A stretch of DNA of 56,583 bases from Candidatus Woesearchaeota archaeon. Lineage in GTDB: Archaea > Nanobdellota > Nanobdellia > Woesearchaeales > ARS49. The stretch is taken from assembly GCA_016203395.1 (NCBI GenBank), contig JACQMV010000057.1, forward strand, positions 1 to 56,583. Direction: 5' to 3'. Both the position numbers and the translations under genes were made by a program. Positions 48,686 through 56,583 of this stretch are shown piece after piece. How positions within the stretch are numbered: position 1 is the first letter of the stretch; each line of letters begins with the position of its first letter. The notes under the pieces were generated by a model that worked only from the letters and a program-made list of their open reading frames with translations, made no database searches and was not told where the DNA came from.

Positions 48686-49075
48686 TTGTCCTGTATGGTT
48701 GTAGGGGTTGTATTAGGTGCAGGAGTGCTTAAGCAAGGAGTTCCTAAAAGAGCAATCATTCGCGTTAATAAAGCAGTTCGTTTATGGAAAAAGGGAATCG
48801 TGAGCCAACTGGTTGTGTGTGGTGGCTACACTAACCCAGCAGTTTCTTTATCAGAGGCATTTGTAATGAAGAGGATATTAGTGGATAGAGGAGTTCCTGC
48901 AAGAAGTGTTTTGCTTGAATCCAAGTCAAGAAATACTTACGAAAATGCATTATTTAGCAGCCGGCTTGTAAAAAGCAAAGATATTTTGCTCATTACTGAT
49001 GGTTGGCACAGGAGAAGAGCGCTTGCATTATTTAAGAAGGCATTTTCAAAAAAAACGAGGATTGCATGCGCCTAA
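48686..49075 (+). CDS. DUF218 / YdcF (ElyC)-family protein
   Basis: Has VVCGGYTN...SEAFVMKRILVDRGVPARSVLLESKSRNTYENALFS, the characteristic family core. Confidence 0.7.
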   Translation: MSCMVVGVVLGAGVLKQGVPKRAIIRVNKAVRLWKKGIVSQLVVCGGYTNPAVSLSEAFVMKRILVDRGVPARSVLLESKSRNTYENALFSSRLVKSKDILLITDGWHRRRALALFKKAFSKKTRIACA

Positions 49076-50310
49076 ATATTTTAAAGATTGGCTGGTTTTA
49101 TTCTCCTATTGTTGGCGGAGCAGAGACAGTTATGCGACTGTTTGCTGAAGAACTCGTCAAAAAGGGCAATTCTGTCACTGTGCTTTGTTCCGGCAGAGAA
49201 GAAAACATAATAAACAAAGTCAGAGTTATAAGAAGTAAATATATTAACAGGAAGAATGATGATTTAAAATTGTTTATGAACTGGTTTGGAAGGTTTCTTG
49301 ACGAGAACGGATTTGATATAGTGCATTGCCATAATCTATCTTTAAATTTTAATGTCGAAAAAAGTTTAGCAATACTTCAGGCATGCCGCTATCGTGCAAT
49401 ACCTATTATTGAACACTCACATAATGCCCAGTTGCGTTACAGGAGGAGAACTACAAAAATTATTAATTTTGATTTTGACAGAGTTATTTGTGTTTCAAAT
49501 TTTGTTTATAAGCGGCTTTGCACACTCAGGCAAAAGAAAGACTGTGTTAAGCTGTATAACCCTATTGATTTTACGTTTTTAGACCGAGCTGTTAAAAGGA
49601 ATGTTTTAGCACATACTAAAAATAACTGTTGCATTATTTTCTTTCCTGCCAGAGCAATAGGACTTCATCATGGCATGCCTGTTTTTCAGAAACAAAAACA
49701 GTTGTTTACGCTGCTGATGGCCTGCAAAATCCTGAAAAGTAAAAGACTGAATTTTTCACTTGTTATTCCCGGAGTGATTGGTCAGCCGGGAATTAGCAAC
49801 AAAATTGCACGTATCGGTGCGTCGCTTGTTAAAAAAACAATAACCCGCTTTAAACTACAAGATTGTGTGACTTTATTACCCCGCATTATCCCATTAGAGG
49901 AGATGCCAAACTACTACGCTGCAAGCGACATTATCTGCATGCCCGGTATTAACGAGACCTTCGGTCTTGCTATTGCTGAGGGTTTAGCTGCTGGCAAACC
50001 AGTGGTTGCTTCAAAGAGCGGTGGTGCTCTGGAAATAGTAAAAGATGGAGAAACAGGGTTTCTTGTTGAGCCAAAAGATGTTGAAAGTCTGGCGCATAAA
50101 CTAGAAGTGCTTATTATGAACAAAGATATTCGTACTAAATTCGGTATTGCAGGTAAAGAAAGAATGAAAAAATTGTTCAGCAAAGAATATGTCATACCTC
50201 GTTTGATTAAGGTATATAATTCTGTATTCTTTTCAAACATTATTCCAATACTCGTTAGGCGATTGCACTATAAACTTCAGCGATTATTTATTCAGCGAAA
50301 ACAAGTCTAA
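49066..50310 (+). CDS. Glycosyltransferase family 4 (GT-B, group 1)
   Basis: 414 aa. Has ETFGLAIAEGLAAGKPVVASKSGGALEIVKDGETGFLVEP (EX7E region). Confidence 0.85.
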   Translation: MRLNILKIGWFYSPIVGGAETVMRLFAEELVKKGNSVTVLCSGREENIINKVRVIRSKYINRKNDDLKLFMNWFGRFLDENGFDIVHCHNLSLNFNVEKSLAILQACRYRAIPIIEHSHNAQLRYRRRTTKIINFDFDRVICVSNFVYKRLCTLRQKKDCVKLYNPIDFTFLDRAVKRNVLAHTKNNCCIIFFPARAIGLHHGMPVFQKQKQLFTLLMACKILKSKRLNFSLVIPGVIGQPGISNKIARIGASLVKKTITRFKLQDCVTLLPRIIPLEEMPNYYAASDIICMPGINETFGLAIAEGLAAGKPVVASKSGGALEIVKDGETGFLVEPKDVESLAHKLEVLIMNKDIRTKFGIAGKERMKKLFSKEYVIPRLIKVYNSVFFSNIIPILVRRLHYKLQRLFIQRKQV

Positions 50311-50359
50311 TACTCTGTATTACTTTGGCATATCTTCTGAAGTAAAAATCAATTTCTAC

Positions 50360-50641
50360 TTATTCCAACACCTCAACACAGCCAATGTTTATTTTAATCA
50401 CCTTCAATTCATCAACAATCCTCTTTTTGGTCATTCCCGGCTTCCAAAAATACAGAACATAAGGACAACTGCATGGCTGAATAAGCTCCCAACCGTTATT
50501 CTGGAGCTTACTAACGATAACACCAATACTCTTTAATCTTTTATTCAGATCTTCACCTTTAGCGAAAAACTGAAAAGGATCCAATGGTTTTTTCAAAGAC
50601 AACTCCCAAGAAGGATTTCCAAAAAGATAAACGCCCAGCAT
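50360..50641 (-). CDS. Hypothetical protein
   Basis: 93-aa ORF. No motif recognised. Its start lies 42 bp downstream (minus-strand sense) of direct-repeat copy 1. Confidence 0.35.
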   Translation of the reverse strand: MLGVYLFGNPSWELSLKKPLDPFQFFAKGEDLNKRLKSIGVIVSKLQNNGWELIQPCSCPYVLYFWKPGMTKKRIVDELKVIKINIGCVEVLE

Positions 50642-50682
50642 GAACTTCAGATGTATTAGTCCTTAATATGCATCATGCACAA

Positions 50683-50739
50683 AAGTCCAGTGGCATTTCA
50701 ACAGATGAAAGAATTACGGAAATGTCTAGTGGTAATAAC
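50683..50739 (-). repeat. 57-bp direct repeat flanking toxin cassette (copy 1)
   Basis: AAGTCCAGTGGCATTTCAACAGATGAAAGAATTACGGAAATGTCTAGTGGTAATAAC matches 51467-51523 with 2 mismatches. It contains an internal imperfect hairpin (GGCATTTC / GAAATGTC). Confidence 0.9.
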
Positions 50740-50763
50740 GAATTTTTCGGCACCTTTCAGGTC

Positions 50764-51099
50764 TTAATATTTGAATGCTCGTTCATATCTTTTGTGAGTA
50801 AGCCATTCTATAATTATGGATACCACACATATGTGCTGACTTTCAATTGAATAAAGCAATCTCCACGCATTTGGCAAATTGTACTTCCATAGATTATGTA
50901 TTCTATACTTTACTAAGTATCCTTTTGGTATAAGCCGTTTTGGTATCTGGATGCCACAAAAACCATTTTTCTCAATATCATGAAATGCTTTGTCCAGATT
51001 CAAATACAGCTCTTTTTCATCACTCTTTCCTTGCTTGAGTGATTCGTAAGCATTGTGCAACGCCTCATCACAGAACCTTACTTTAGTTGGCAGCTGCAC
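50764..51099 (-). CDS. RelE/ParE-superfamily toxin-like protein
   Basis: 111 aa. The C-terminal LWKYNLPNAWRLLYSIESQHICVVSIIIEWLTHKRYERAFKY follows the aRelE pattern (...YRxRxGDYRxIYxx...vxIlxixxRxxAY). Confidence 0.5.
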   Translation of the reverse strand: MQLPTKVRFCDEALHNAYESLKQGKSDEKELYLNLDKAFHDIEKNGFCGIQIPKRLIPKGYLVKYRIHNLWKYNLPNAWRLLYSIESQHICVVSIIIEWLTHKRYERAFKY

Positions 51100-51460
51100 T
51101 CTTCCTCCAAAAAAGATGAGCGTACCTACGCATGTTTTGGTTTGATTTAGGATAATATACCCATCCTAGCTTTCCTTCGCTATCTAAAGATATCTTTCTA
51201 GAGTAGAATAGGTAATCAATGATTACACAGTAAGTCTGATACATCATTTTTTTTGGCAGTTTATTCCATAATGCCAGCTTTTTGTATTCACCATCGTGCT
51301 TTTTTATGAATTTCTCTATCACTAATACTGTATCCAACCGAGGATATCTCAAAACTCCATTAAGCATATTGTATCTGTTGATATAACTATAGTTTTTAAG
51401 CTTTTCTATCGGTCTTGCGAGCATACCGCACCTAAAGGAATATTCCCTAATAAGCTTCAC
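51083..51460 (-). CDS. Putative cognate antitoxin / small DNA-binding protein
   Basis: It overlaps the toxin start by 17 nt (operon). No motif recognised; the assignment rests on position. Later in-frame ATGs exist. Confidence 0.3.
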   Translation of the reverse strand: MKLIREYSFRCGMLARPIEKLKNYSYINRYNMLNGVLRYPRLDTVLVIEKFIKKHDGEYKKLALWNKLPKKMMYQTYCVIIDYLFYSRKISLDSEGKLGWVYYPKSNQNMRRYAHLFWRKSAAAN

Positions 51461-51466
51461 GCGTAC

Positions 51467-51523
51467 AAGTCCAGTGGCATTTCAACAGATGAAAGAATTA
51501 CGGAAATGTCTAGTGGTTATTAC
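51467..51523 (-). repeat. 57-bp direct repeat flanking toxin cassette (copy 2)
   Basis: See 50683..50739. Confidence 0.9.
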
Positions 51524-51632
51524 AGAAAAGATGAAAAAATTACGAAACGTTGACAGGAACTAATTCACGCTGTGAAAAAAGCATAAAGAACGAACTTGCT
51601 TTACATTCTTTTATACGCCTTTGAGACCAGAA

Positions 51633-52016
51633 TTACAAACTAGCGGATTCTAACTGCTTCCCCTGAGAGTTATAAACTGCAATATTCTCTTTTTTGTAAG
51701 GGTAACAGATAATTATGTGAATGCCGCCTTCCTTTGACCAAGCACGCTTGTCAGCAACACTCGGGAGAGCGTTTTCATCAGGATGGGAGTGCACAGAACC
51801 AATAATATTGCTTAGTATCGGAACATTATCCCACAAAACAGAAGAACTGCTGTCAGAAACAAAATGTTGATACACTAAGCCAGTAATTGTTAATGCGCGC
51901 TCTGATAATTTGCCTGAAACCAGACACGAGAATTCCTTCGGATGAAGAGATTTTGCAAATTCACAGATATTTTTTATAATGCGTGGCGGAATAATAATCT
52001 GTTTTTTATTTATCAT
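51633..52016 (-). CDS. JAB1/MPN/Mov34 (JAMM) metalloprotease
   Basis: 127 aa. Has HSHPDENALPSVAD, which matches HxHx7Sx2D, with an upstream conserved acidic region (PKEFSCLV). Confidence 0.75.
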   Translation of the reverse strand: MINKKQIIIPPRIIKNICEFAKSLHPKEFSCLVSGKLSERALTITGLVYQHFVSDSSSSVLWDNVPILSNIIGSVHSHPDENALPSVADKRAWSKEGGIHIIICYPYKKENIAVYNSQGKQLESASL

Positions 52017-52069
52017 CGCCTAAAAAAATCCGACACGTTTAAATACATGACGCACATAATGTTGTTACG

Positions 52070-52633
52070 ATGAAGCAGATACGTAAAGGAAAGCTTGAAG
52101 CGCAAATAGATTTCCCAAATTTACGACTGAACATAAACACAACAGAGCCCACAAAAGGATTGAGAGAGATAACAAGAATATTACATTCATTAAGACATAT
52201 TGAGTTAAGAGACTGGGCTGATGAAGAAATATCATGGCGTTTAGGGTGGCTGAGCGATGAAATACGAAACAACAACGAATGCATGGCATTTATAAAAAGC
52301 GCAATGGAAGTAGAAGAAGGATCCAGACACAGAAAAATTTCACTAGTAAACAAAAAAATAGTAGATTTGGAAAAAAAACAATACACCAGCACAATAGAAA
52401 AACAAGGACTACAAAAAAAGCTATCGCAATTAACAGTAGGAACTGAAAAAGCCAATTATGGACTAGTACACGTAGCTAGTAGTGTTGCAGAAGAGGACAA
52501 AAACATACTCATAGAACAAATAAGAAAACAAGTGCCTCATGCACAAATAAAAGCAGTATTCACAAACAAAGAACTTCTCGGGAAAACAGTAATTGAAGCA
52601 GTATTCTTCGGCAGCTTCCCAGAAGAATACTAA
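52070..52633 (+). CDS. Hypothetical protein (partly coiled-coil)
   Basis: 187-aa ORF. No motif recognised. Confidence 0.4.
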   Translation: MKQIRKGKLEAQIDFPNLRLNINTTEPTKGLREITRILHSLRHIELRDWADEEISWRLGWLSDEIRNNNECMAFIKSAMEVEEGSRHRKISLVNKKIVDLEKKQYTSTIEKQGLQKKLSQLTVGTEKANYGLVHVASSVAEEDKNILIEQIRKQVPHAQIKAVFTNKELLGKTVIEAVFFGSFPEEY

Positions 52634-52689
52634 ATCAACTGATTCAATACGCACCAATCGTCCTGCTAGAAATTATCTGAGCAAATGAG

Positions 52690-53146
52690 CCATTTGCCTT
52701 GCAACTCTGGCTAACTCTTATCTTAAATGAGCACATAATTTATCAGCAGCTCTTGCTAATTCTTATCTTAAATGAGCACATAATTTATCAGCAGCCATTG
52801 TGCTCTGATTGTAAACTTTAATGTGCTCAACTGTTTATTTGTCATGAGCAATACCATTTGTTGCAGCCGGTTGCAAACACAGTGCAAGCAAAAGGTAAGG
52901 GCTTGGTGTGACAACAAAACAAGAAGCGTTCAAATCATGAGCCAAGCCACAAGTGCTGCAGAAACGTAGCATCATCTTACACTCTTATCCTTTTTATGAA
53001 GGGATGTAGAAAAATAACAACATCTTCTTTGATATGTATCAGCAGGTGCGAGAAAAGAACAAAACATACTTTTATACGTATTAACCGCTGTGGAAATAAC
53101 TATAGCGGCGGAGACAAACACCTGAAAATTAATATACGCGGCTATA
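52690..53146 (+). repeat. Modular repeat, copy E (U-U-core-T-H)
   Basis: The two 45-bp U units start at 52711 and 52756 (42/45 identical). The core is 52792-52958, followed by the tail. Hairpin H is 53100-53146. Confidence 0.9.
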
Positions 53147-53181
53147 CCATGATTCTTGCGCGGTATTGGCTTGTTAATCAT
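52972..53181 (-). CDS. Candidate small protein (69 aa) encoded inside the T-H tail of repeat copy E
   Basis: Its ATG (53181-53179) overlaps the TGA (53180-53178) of 53178..53756 as ATGA. It shares 57 codons with 10809..11045, with substitutions concentrated at third positions. Confidence 0.35.
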   Translation of the reverse strand: MINKPIPRKNHGIAAYINFQVFVSAAIVISTAVNTYKSMFCSFLAPADTYQRRCCYFSTSLHKKDKSVR

Positions 53182-53756
53182 CCTGACCAGTAGGCACCAC
53201 TACCGTGCAGGTAAATTTCGTACTTTTTACTAGTAGACCAGCATACGAGAGGAGGATTCTTTCCTTCAATAGACGAAATCAAACCACCTCTAGGATCTTT
53301 CGGGTTAATAAACCCAATACGGTGAAGTTCCTCTTGCTGATTATGAAAAAACTCATAATCGCGATCACTACAAAAGCCAAGACGATAATCAAGATTTAGC
53401 GCATGAACGATATTACCGTGAGCAATGTACACGACTCTAGAATTATTTATCCTGCGCTCGCAAAGCAGATGATTTCGGTCATCAGTAATAGAATGCGCTT
53501 TTTGATATTCTGTGACAGGAGCAGGCATTCTATTAAAATCAATAAAATTCACAGGCGAACGGCCAAACTCAACCCATTCAACATGACGCCTGACATGAAC
53601 AATCTTGCCAAAAGCATCTCTTTTCTCTATTCTAGAAACGTCTTGACGAAAAAACTGAACCATGTCAAACCCTATGCGAATCTTGAAATTAATCCCTGCT
53701 TTTTCAAAGACGTCCTGAAACATATAATCCGGCTTCATGGCACGCTCACATTTCAT
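53178..53756 (-). CDS. Hypothetical protein
   Basis: 192-aa ORF with non-repetitive composition. No motif recognised. Confidence 0.45.
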   Translation of the reverse strand: MKCERAMKPDYMFQDVFEKAGINFKIRIGFDMVQFFRQDVSRIEKRDAFGKIVHVRRHVEWVEFGRSPVNFIDFNRMPAPVTEYQKAHSITDDRNHLLCERRINNSRVVYIAHGNIVHALNLDYRLGFCSDRDYEFFHNQQEELHRIGFINPKDPRGGLISSIEGKNPPLVCWSTSKKYEIYLHGSGAYWSG

Positions 53757-53813
53757 GTATTCCTTAAAAACCTTCCGAAAAGTATTTAAATCAAGTTAAA
53801 ATGTCACTACTCT

Positions 53814-54221
53814 ATGATGCGGCTTTACAAATTAGGAGAGTATTCAAGCATACCGCTCAGGTTGGTTCTCGCAGCACTATTCCTGTTTGCAGGAATAAAC
53901 AAAGCATTAGCACTACAAGGAACAGCAGAAATGTTCAAAACACTAGCAATCCCAGCACCACTCGTATTTGCGTTCTTAGTAATGTTATTAGAAATAATAG
54001 GCGGAATATGCTTCTTATTGGGCTTATTCACCAGATATGCGGCAATATGGCTTTCAATAATAATGATTTTTGCCATCATACTCGTTCATGCAAAACAAGT
54101 AATGGTGCCAGAAACAAGAATGCTATTCTTCATGGCAATAATAACTCTTGCAGGTCTGTTCACGTTAATAATGGCAGGCGCAAAAAGACCTAGCTTAGAT
54201 GAACACTTTTTGCTTGACTAG
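53814..54221 (+). CDS. DoxX-family membrane protein
   Basis: 135 aa. Has RLVLAALFLFAGINK...LLEIIGGICFLLGLFTRYAAI and four TM helices. Confidence 0.75.
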   Translation: MMRLYKLGEYSSIPLRLVLAALFLFAGINKALALQGTAEMFKTLAIPAPLVFAFLVMLLEIIGGICFLLGLFTRYAAIWLSIIMIFAIILVHAKQVMVPETRMLFFMAIITLAGLFTLIMAGAKRPSLDEHFLLD

Positions 54222-54222
54222 A

Positions 54223-54489
54223 ATGTACAAATACATGAAAGTGACTTATAAAGGAAACTGCGACATACGAGAAAAAATAACTGCATACCTGAAAGAAAAC
54301 GCCCAGTCAGTGTTTAACAATAAAAGCGTGAAAATATGGCACATCGGTGATTGCACATTAGTTCAATCAAGAAATGCATTCACACTCGTAAGCAAATTCT
54401 GCACTTCTGAACCAACACTGGATGCTATAGTGAATAAAATAATATGCGTCAGCGGAGAACCATCAGTACATTTTGAAATAACAGAATAA
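54223..54489 (+). CDS. Hypothetical small protein
   Basis: The ATG lies 1 nt after the DoxX stop codon. 88 aa. No motif recognised. Confidence 0.35.
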   Translation: MYKYMKVTYKGNCDIREKITAYLKENAQSVFNNKSVKIWHIGDCTLVQSRNAFTLVSKFCTSEPTLDAIVNKIICVSGEPSVHFEITE

Positions 54490-55116
54490 TTATTTACTAA
54501 ACCTTTTCTTAATCGCTTTTTTAACTGCCTCGAAAGCCGGCTTGTACTTATGAGAATGATAGCCCAGCCATTCCTCCCAATCACGAATCCTGTTACCCCA
54601 CGATTCAATAAAAGAAATATTATCCACAAAATATCTTGATACTGGTTCAGGAACCTCATCAGGATAGCCAATAGGAATAATCGCCTCAGGAGTAGCATCA
54701 TCAGGAATTGCCAACAACCGCTTTACAGCTGCTTCCTCAAACGCACCTACATAACAAGCACCAAGTCCTTGATCATGGGCAGCCAAAAGCATGTTCATAG
54801 CAGCACAAGTACAACTCTGCACAGAATACACAACCTGCCCGCGCTCCTCGTACATACGCTCAAATTTAGCCCTTTCAGAACAAATAACCACAACAACCGG
54901 TGCAGTCTCAACCCAAAACTGCTGCATACACGCATCAGCAAGTTTCTTTTTAACTGATTCGCTAGTAATAATAACAAACTTCCACGCCTGTAAATTACCT
55001 GCACTAGGTGCCAAACGCCCAGCATCTAAGATATTACCTAACTTTTCCTGTTCCACTGGCTCAGCCCTGAAACGCCTAATACTTCTTCTTGTCCTAATAC
55101 ATTCTAAGGTTTCCAT
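54490..55116 (-). CDS. Nitroreductase-family flavoprotein
   Basis: 208 aa. Has the typical N-terminus CIRTRRSIRRFRAEPVEQEKL..ILDAGRLAPSAGNLQAWKFVII. Confidence 0.85.
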   Translation of the reverse strand: METLECIRTRRSIRRFRAEPVEQEKLGNILDAGRLAPSAGNLQAWKFVIITSESVKKKLADACMQQFWVETAPVVVVICSERAKFERMYEERGQVVYSVQSCTCAAMNMLLAAHDQGLGACYVGAFEEAAVKRLLAIPDDATPEAIIPIGYPDEVPEPVSRYFVDNISFIESWGNRIRDWEEWLGYHSHKYKPAFEAVKKAIKKRFSK

Positions 55117-55898
55117 TTTCCCCTATATAATTGCCTATTCATTTCCACCTTTGATTTAGAGCTGAAAAGCCGCTTTAGCAATCGCGGATCATTATAATCC
55201 TGATTAATAAGAGCAGCAGCAAGCTTTCTGTACTCAATAGCCAGTTCTTTTTTAGGCGAAAACAAACTCACAGGAGCAGTATGAGACAACGCATTCAAAA
55301 CAGCTACATCATGAGGAAGAACGGCTAACACAGGCACCTTAGTAGCATCCTCAATATCCTCAACACTCAACTCAAAGTCCTTGCCATACGTTCTATTCAA
55401 GACAATTCCTGCGATAGGTGTTTTTTTGCTAATAGCGACCTTTGTAGCATGCATTGTGCAAGATAACGTAGGATAGTCAGGACTACTAACGACAAGCAGA
55501 TTATCACTCGCTAAAATAGCCGCAAGCATTTCATCATTCAAATTAGGACTACTATCAATCAGGATAATATCATAATTATCCTTAAGCAAGTGTATTTTTT
55601 GCTTAAGCCGCAAAGGATTAGTCTTTTTTGCACCAAGAGAAGCAGGAATAACATCAAAACCAAAATCATGCTCAATAACAGGATCAAAAGGACTACATTT
55701 ATCATTCAAAACATCATTAATTGTTTTAGAAGGATTAACAATGCCTAAATGAAGCCCAAGATTCGGTGAAGAAAAATTCGCATCAACAACCAACACCTTT
55801 TTATTAAAATCATTAGACAAAACCGCAGCAAGATTAGAAACAACAGTGGTCTTTCCAACACCCCCTTTTATAGAAACAACACCTATTGTTTGAGCCAT
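55104..55898 (-). CDS. MinD/ParA-family P-loop ATPase
   Basis: Has the deviant Walker A VVSIKGGVGKTTVVSNLA and a Walker B-like DIILIDSSP. ATG at 55898; a GTG 18 nt upstream is also open. Confidence 0.85.
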   Translation of the reverse strand: MAQTIGVVSIKGGVGKTTVVSNLAAVLSNDFNKKVLVVDANFSSPNLGLHLGIVNPSKTINDVLNDKCSPFDPVIEHDFGFDVIPASLGAKKTNPLRLKQKIHLLKDNYDIILIDSSPNLNDEMLAAILASDNLLVVSSPDYPTLSCTMHATKVAISKKTPIAGIVLNRTYGKDFELSVEDIEDATKVPVLAVLPHDVAVLNALSHTAPVSLFSPKKELAIEYRKLAAALINQDYNDPRLLKRLFSSKSKVEMNRQLYRGKWKP

Positions 55899-55944
55899 GC
55901 AAAAGCATTCACCCACATGGCTATTTAAATATTACGAATAATGC

Positions 55945-56214
55945 TCAAATATTAAACCTGTCCTTTAAAAGAAACAAAAGAATATCCCTGCTTATGCCTG
56001 TTTGACGACTTTTAGCACTCTTTTCAATAGAAAAATGACTTTTAAGAGAATTAAGTATTGAAGATCTCCTTTCAGGCCTGGTCAGATTTATCACTGGCTC
56101 TGCAATCGTCCAATCAGGGCCTGAAGGGATATCATCAGAAGATAATACTGGCAAGTGCGCCTCATTATACTTATCACAAAGCTTCACATATAACTCAATA
56201 AGTTCACTACTCAT
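55945..56214 (-). CDS. Hypothetical small protein upstream of MinD/ParA
   Basis: 89-aa ORF, co-directional and 47 bp upstream of the ATPase gene. No motif recognised. Confidence 0.35.
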   Translation of the reverse strand: MSSELIELYVKLCDKYNEAHLPVLSSDDIPSGPDWTIAEPVINLTRPERRSSILNSLKSHFSIEKSAKSRQTGISRDILLFLLKDRFNI

Positions 56215-56271
56215 GACAAAAAAATAAATTCCCTATTATTTAAGAACAAAGCACGTACTGTACACACCAAA

Positions 56272-56470
56272 AATCTACTTAATGAGCGTTCTTTTCTTCC
56301 CCTTGCTAAAAAGTCCTTATTAATGCAATTAGACATTTCATTGACAGGAGCAATACTATTTGTCGCAACCTGTTGCAGAAGGTTGCAAACACAATGCAAG
56401 CAAAAGGCAATGGCTAAGTGCAACGAAAAGATGATATACTTTCAAATCATGAGTCAAGCCACTAGAGCTG
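56272..56470 (+). repeat. Modular repeat, copy F (degenerate U + divergent core)
   Basis: Has ...CCCCTTGCTAAAAAGTCC..TTAATGCAATTAGAC...GGTTGCAAACACAATGCAAGCAAAAGG...CAAGCCACTAGAGCTG. It is colinear with the other cores but has indels. Confidence 0.75.
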
Positions 56471-56583
56471 CTAAAAAAGAAAGGTGATTGAGTACTTTTC
56501 GGACCAAAAAAGCTTATAATTAAGCAAAACTACGACGATATTGATGAATCAAGTAATGTCAAACATGTATTTCGCAGGTAGAA

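Noticed and set aside
52711-52800. Tandem ~45-bp U units (also at 10431-10519, 18413-18498 and 24010-24095) considered as a CRISPR array
   Set aside because: The units abut directly with no unique spacers. There are only 2-3 units per locus, they are always attached to the same core, and no cas genes are in the window.
1-56583. Search for tRNA, rRNA, RNase P or SRP RNA genes and for IS elements
   Set aside because: I recognised no cloverleaf-like or rRNA-like segment in the few intergenic gaps, and no transposase-like ORF. This check was done by eye only, so a small RNA could have been missed.

Overview
This is an AT-rich, very gene-dense segment with many 4-nt ATGA stop/start overlaps. It reads as archaeal: it has an AglB/STT3 oligosaccharyltransferase with a WWDYG motif, a geranylgeranyl (archaeal lipid) reductase, and TATA boxes about 25-30 nt upstream of start codons. 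A small-genome DPANN-type archaeon is my guess, not a demonstrated fact. All product calls come from motifs recognised by eye; no database search, folding or alignment program was run.

Layout:
- 1-34.2 kb is a protein-glycosylation / envelope-glycan island. It holds nucleotide-sugar enzymes (SDR epimerases/decarboxylases, a Gfo/Idh/MocA oxidoreductase, a cupin, a nucleotidyltransferase, an SDR fused to a C-methyltransferase). It also holds six GT2, three GT9 (heptosyltransferase-like), a Wzx-type flippase, at least five GT-C-type membrane proteins, and an AglB with a C-terminal FKBP domain.
- 34.3-36.4 kb holds a helical-repeat protein and the geranylgeranyl reductase.
- 36.4-46.9 kb is a co-directional cluster of seven secreted or membrane-anchored proteins: coiled-coil anchors, then CarboxypepD_reg/CARDB/cadherin-like surface proteins.
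- 46.9-56.2 kb holds a permease, DUF218, GT4, a RelE-like toxin cassette, a JAMM protease, DoxX, a nitroreductase and a MinD/ParA ATPase.

The most unusual feature is a modular, hairpin-bounded repeat family with six copies (about 10.4, 18.4, 21.5, 23.9, 52.8 and 56.4 kb). Every copy sits in an intergenic gap where transcription direction changes. The two most similar copies are direct repeats bracketing a single GT-C-like gene. I saw no rRNA, tRNA, CRISPR array, transposase, integrase, reverse transcriptase or cas gene.
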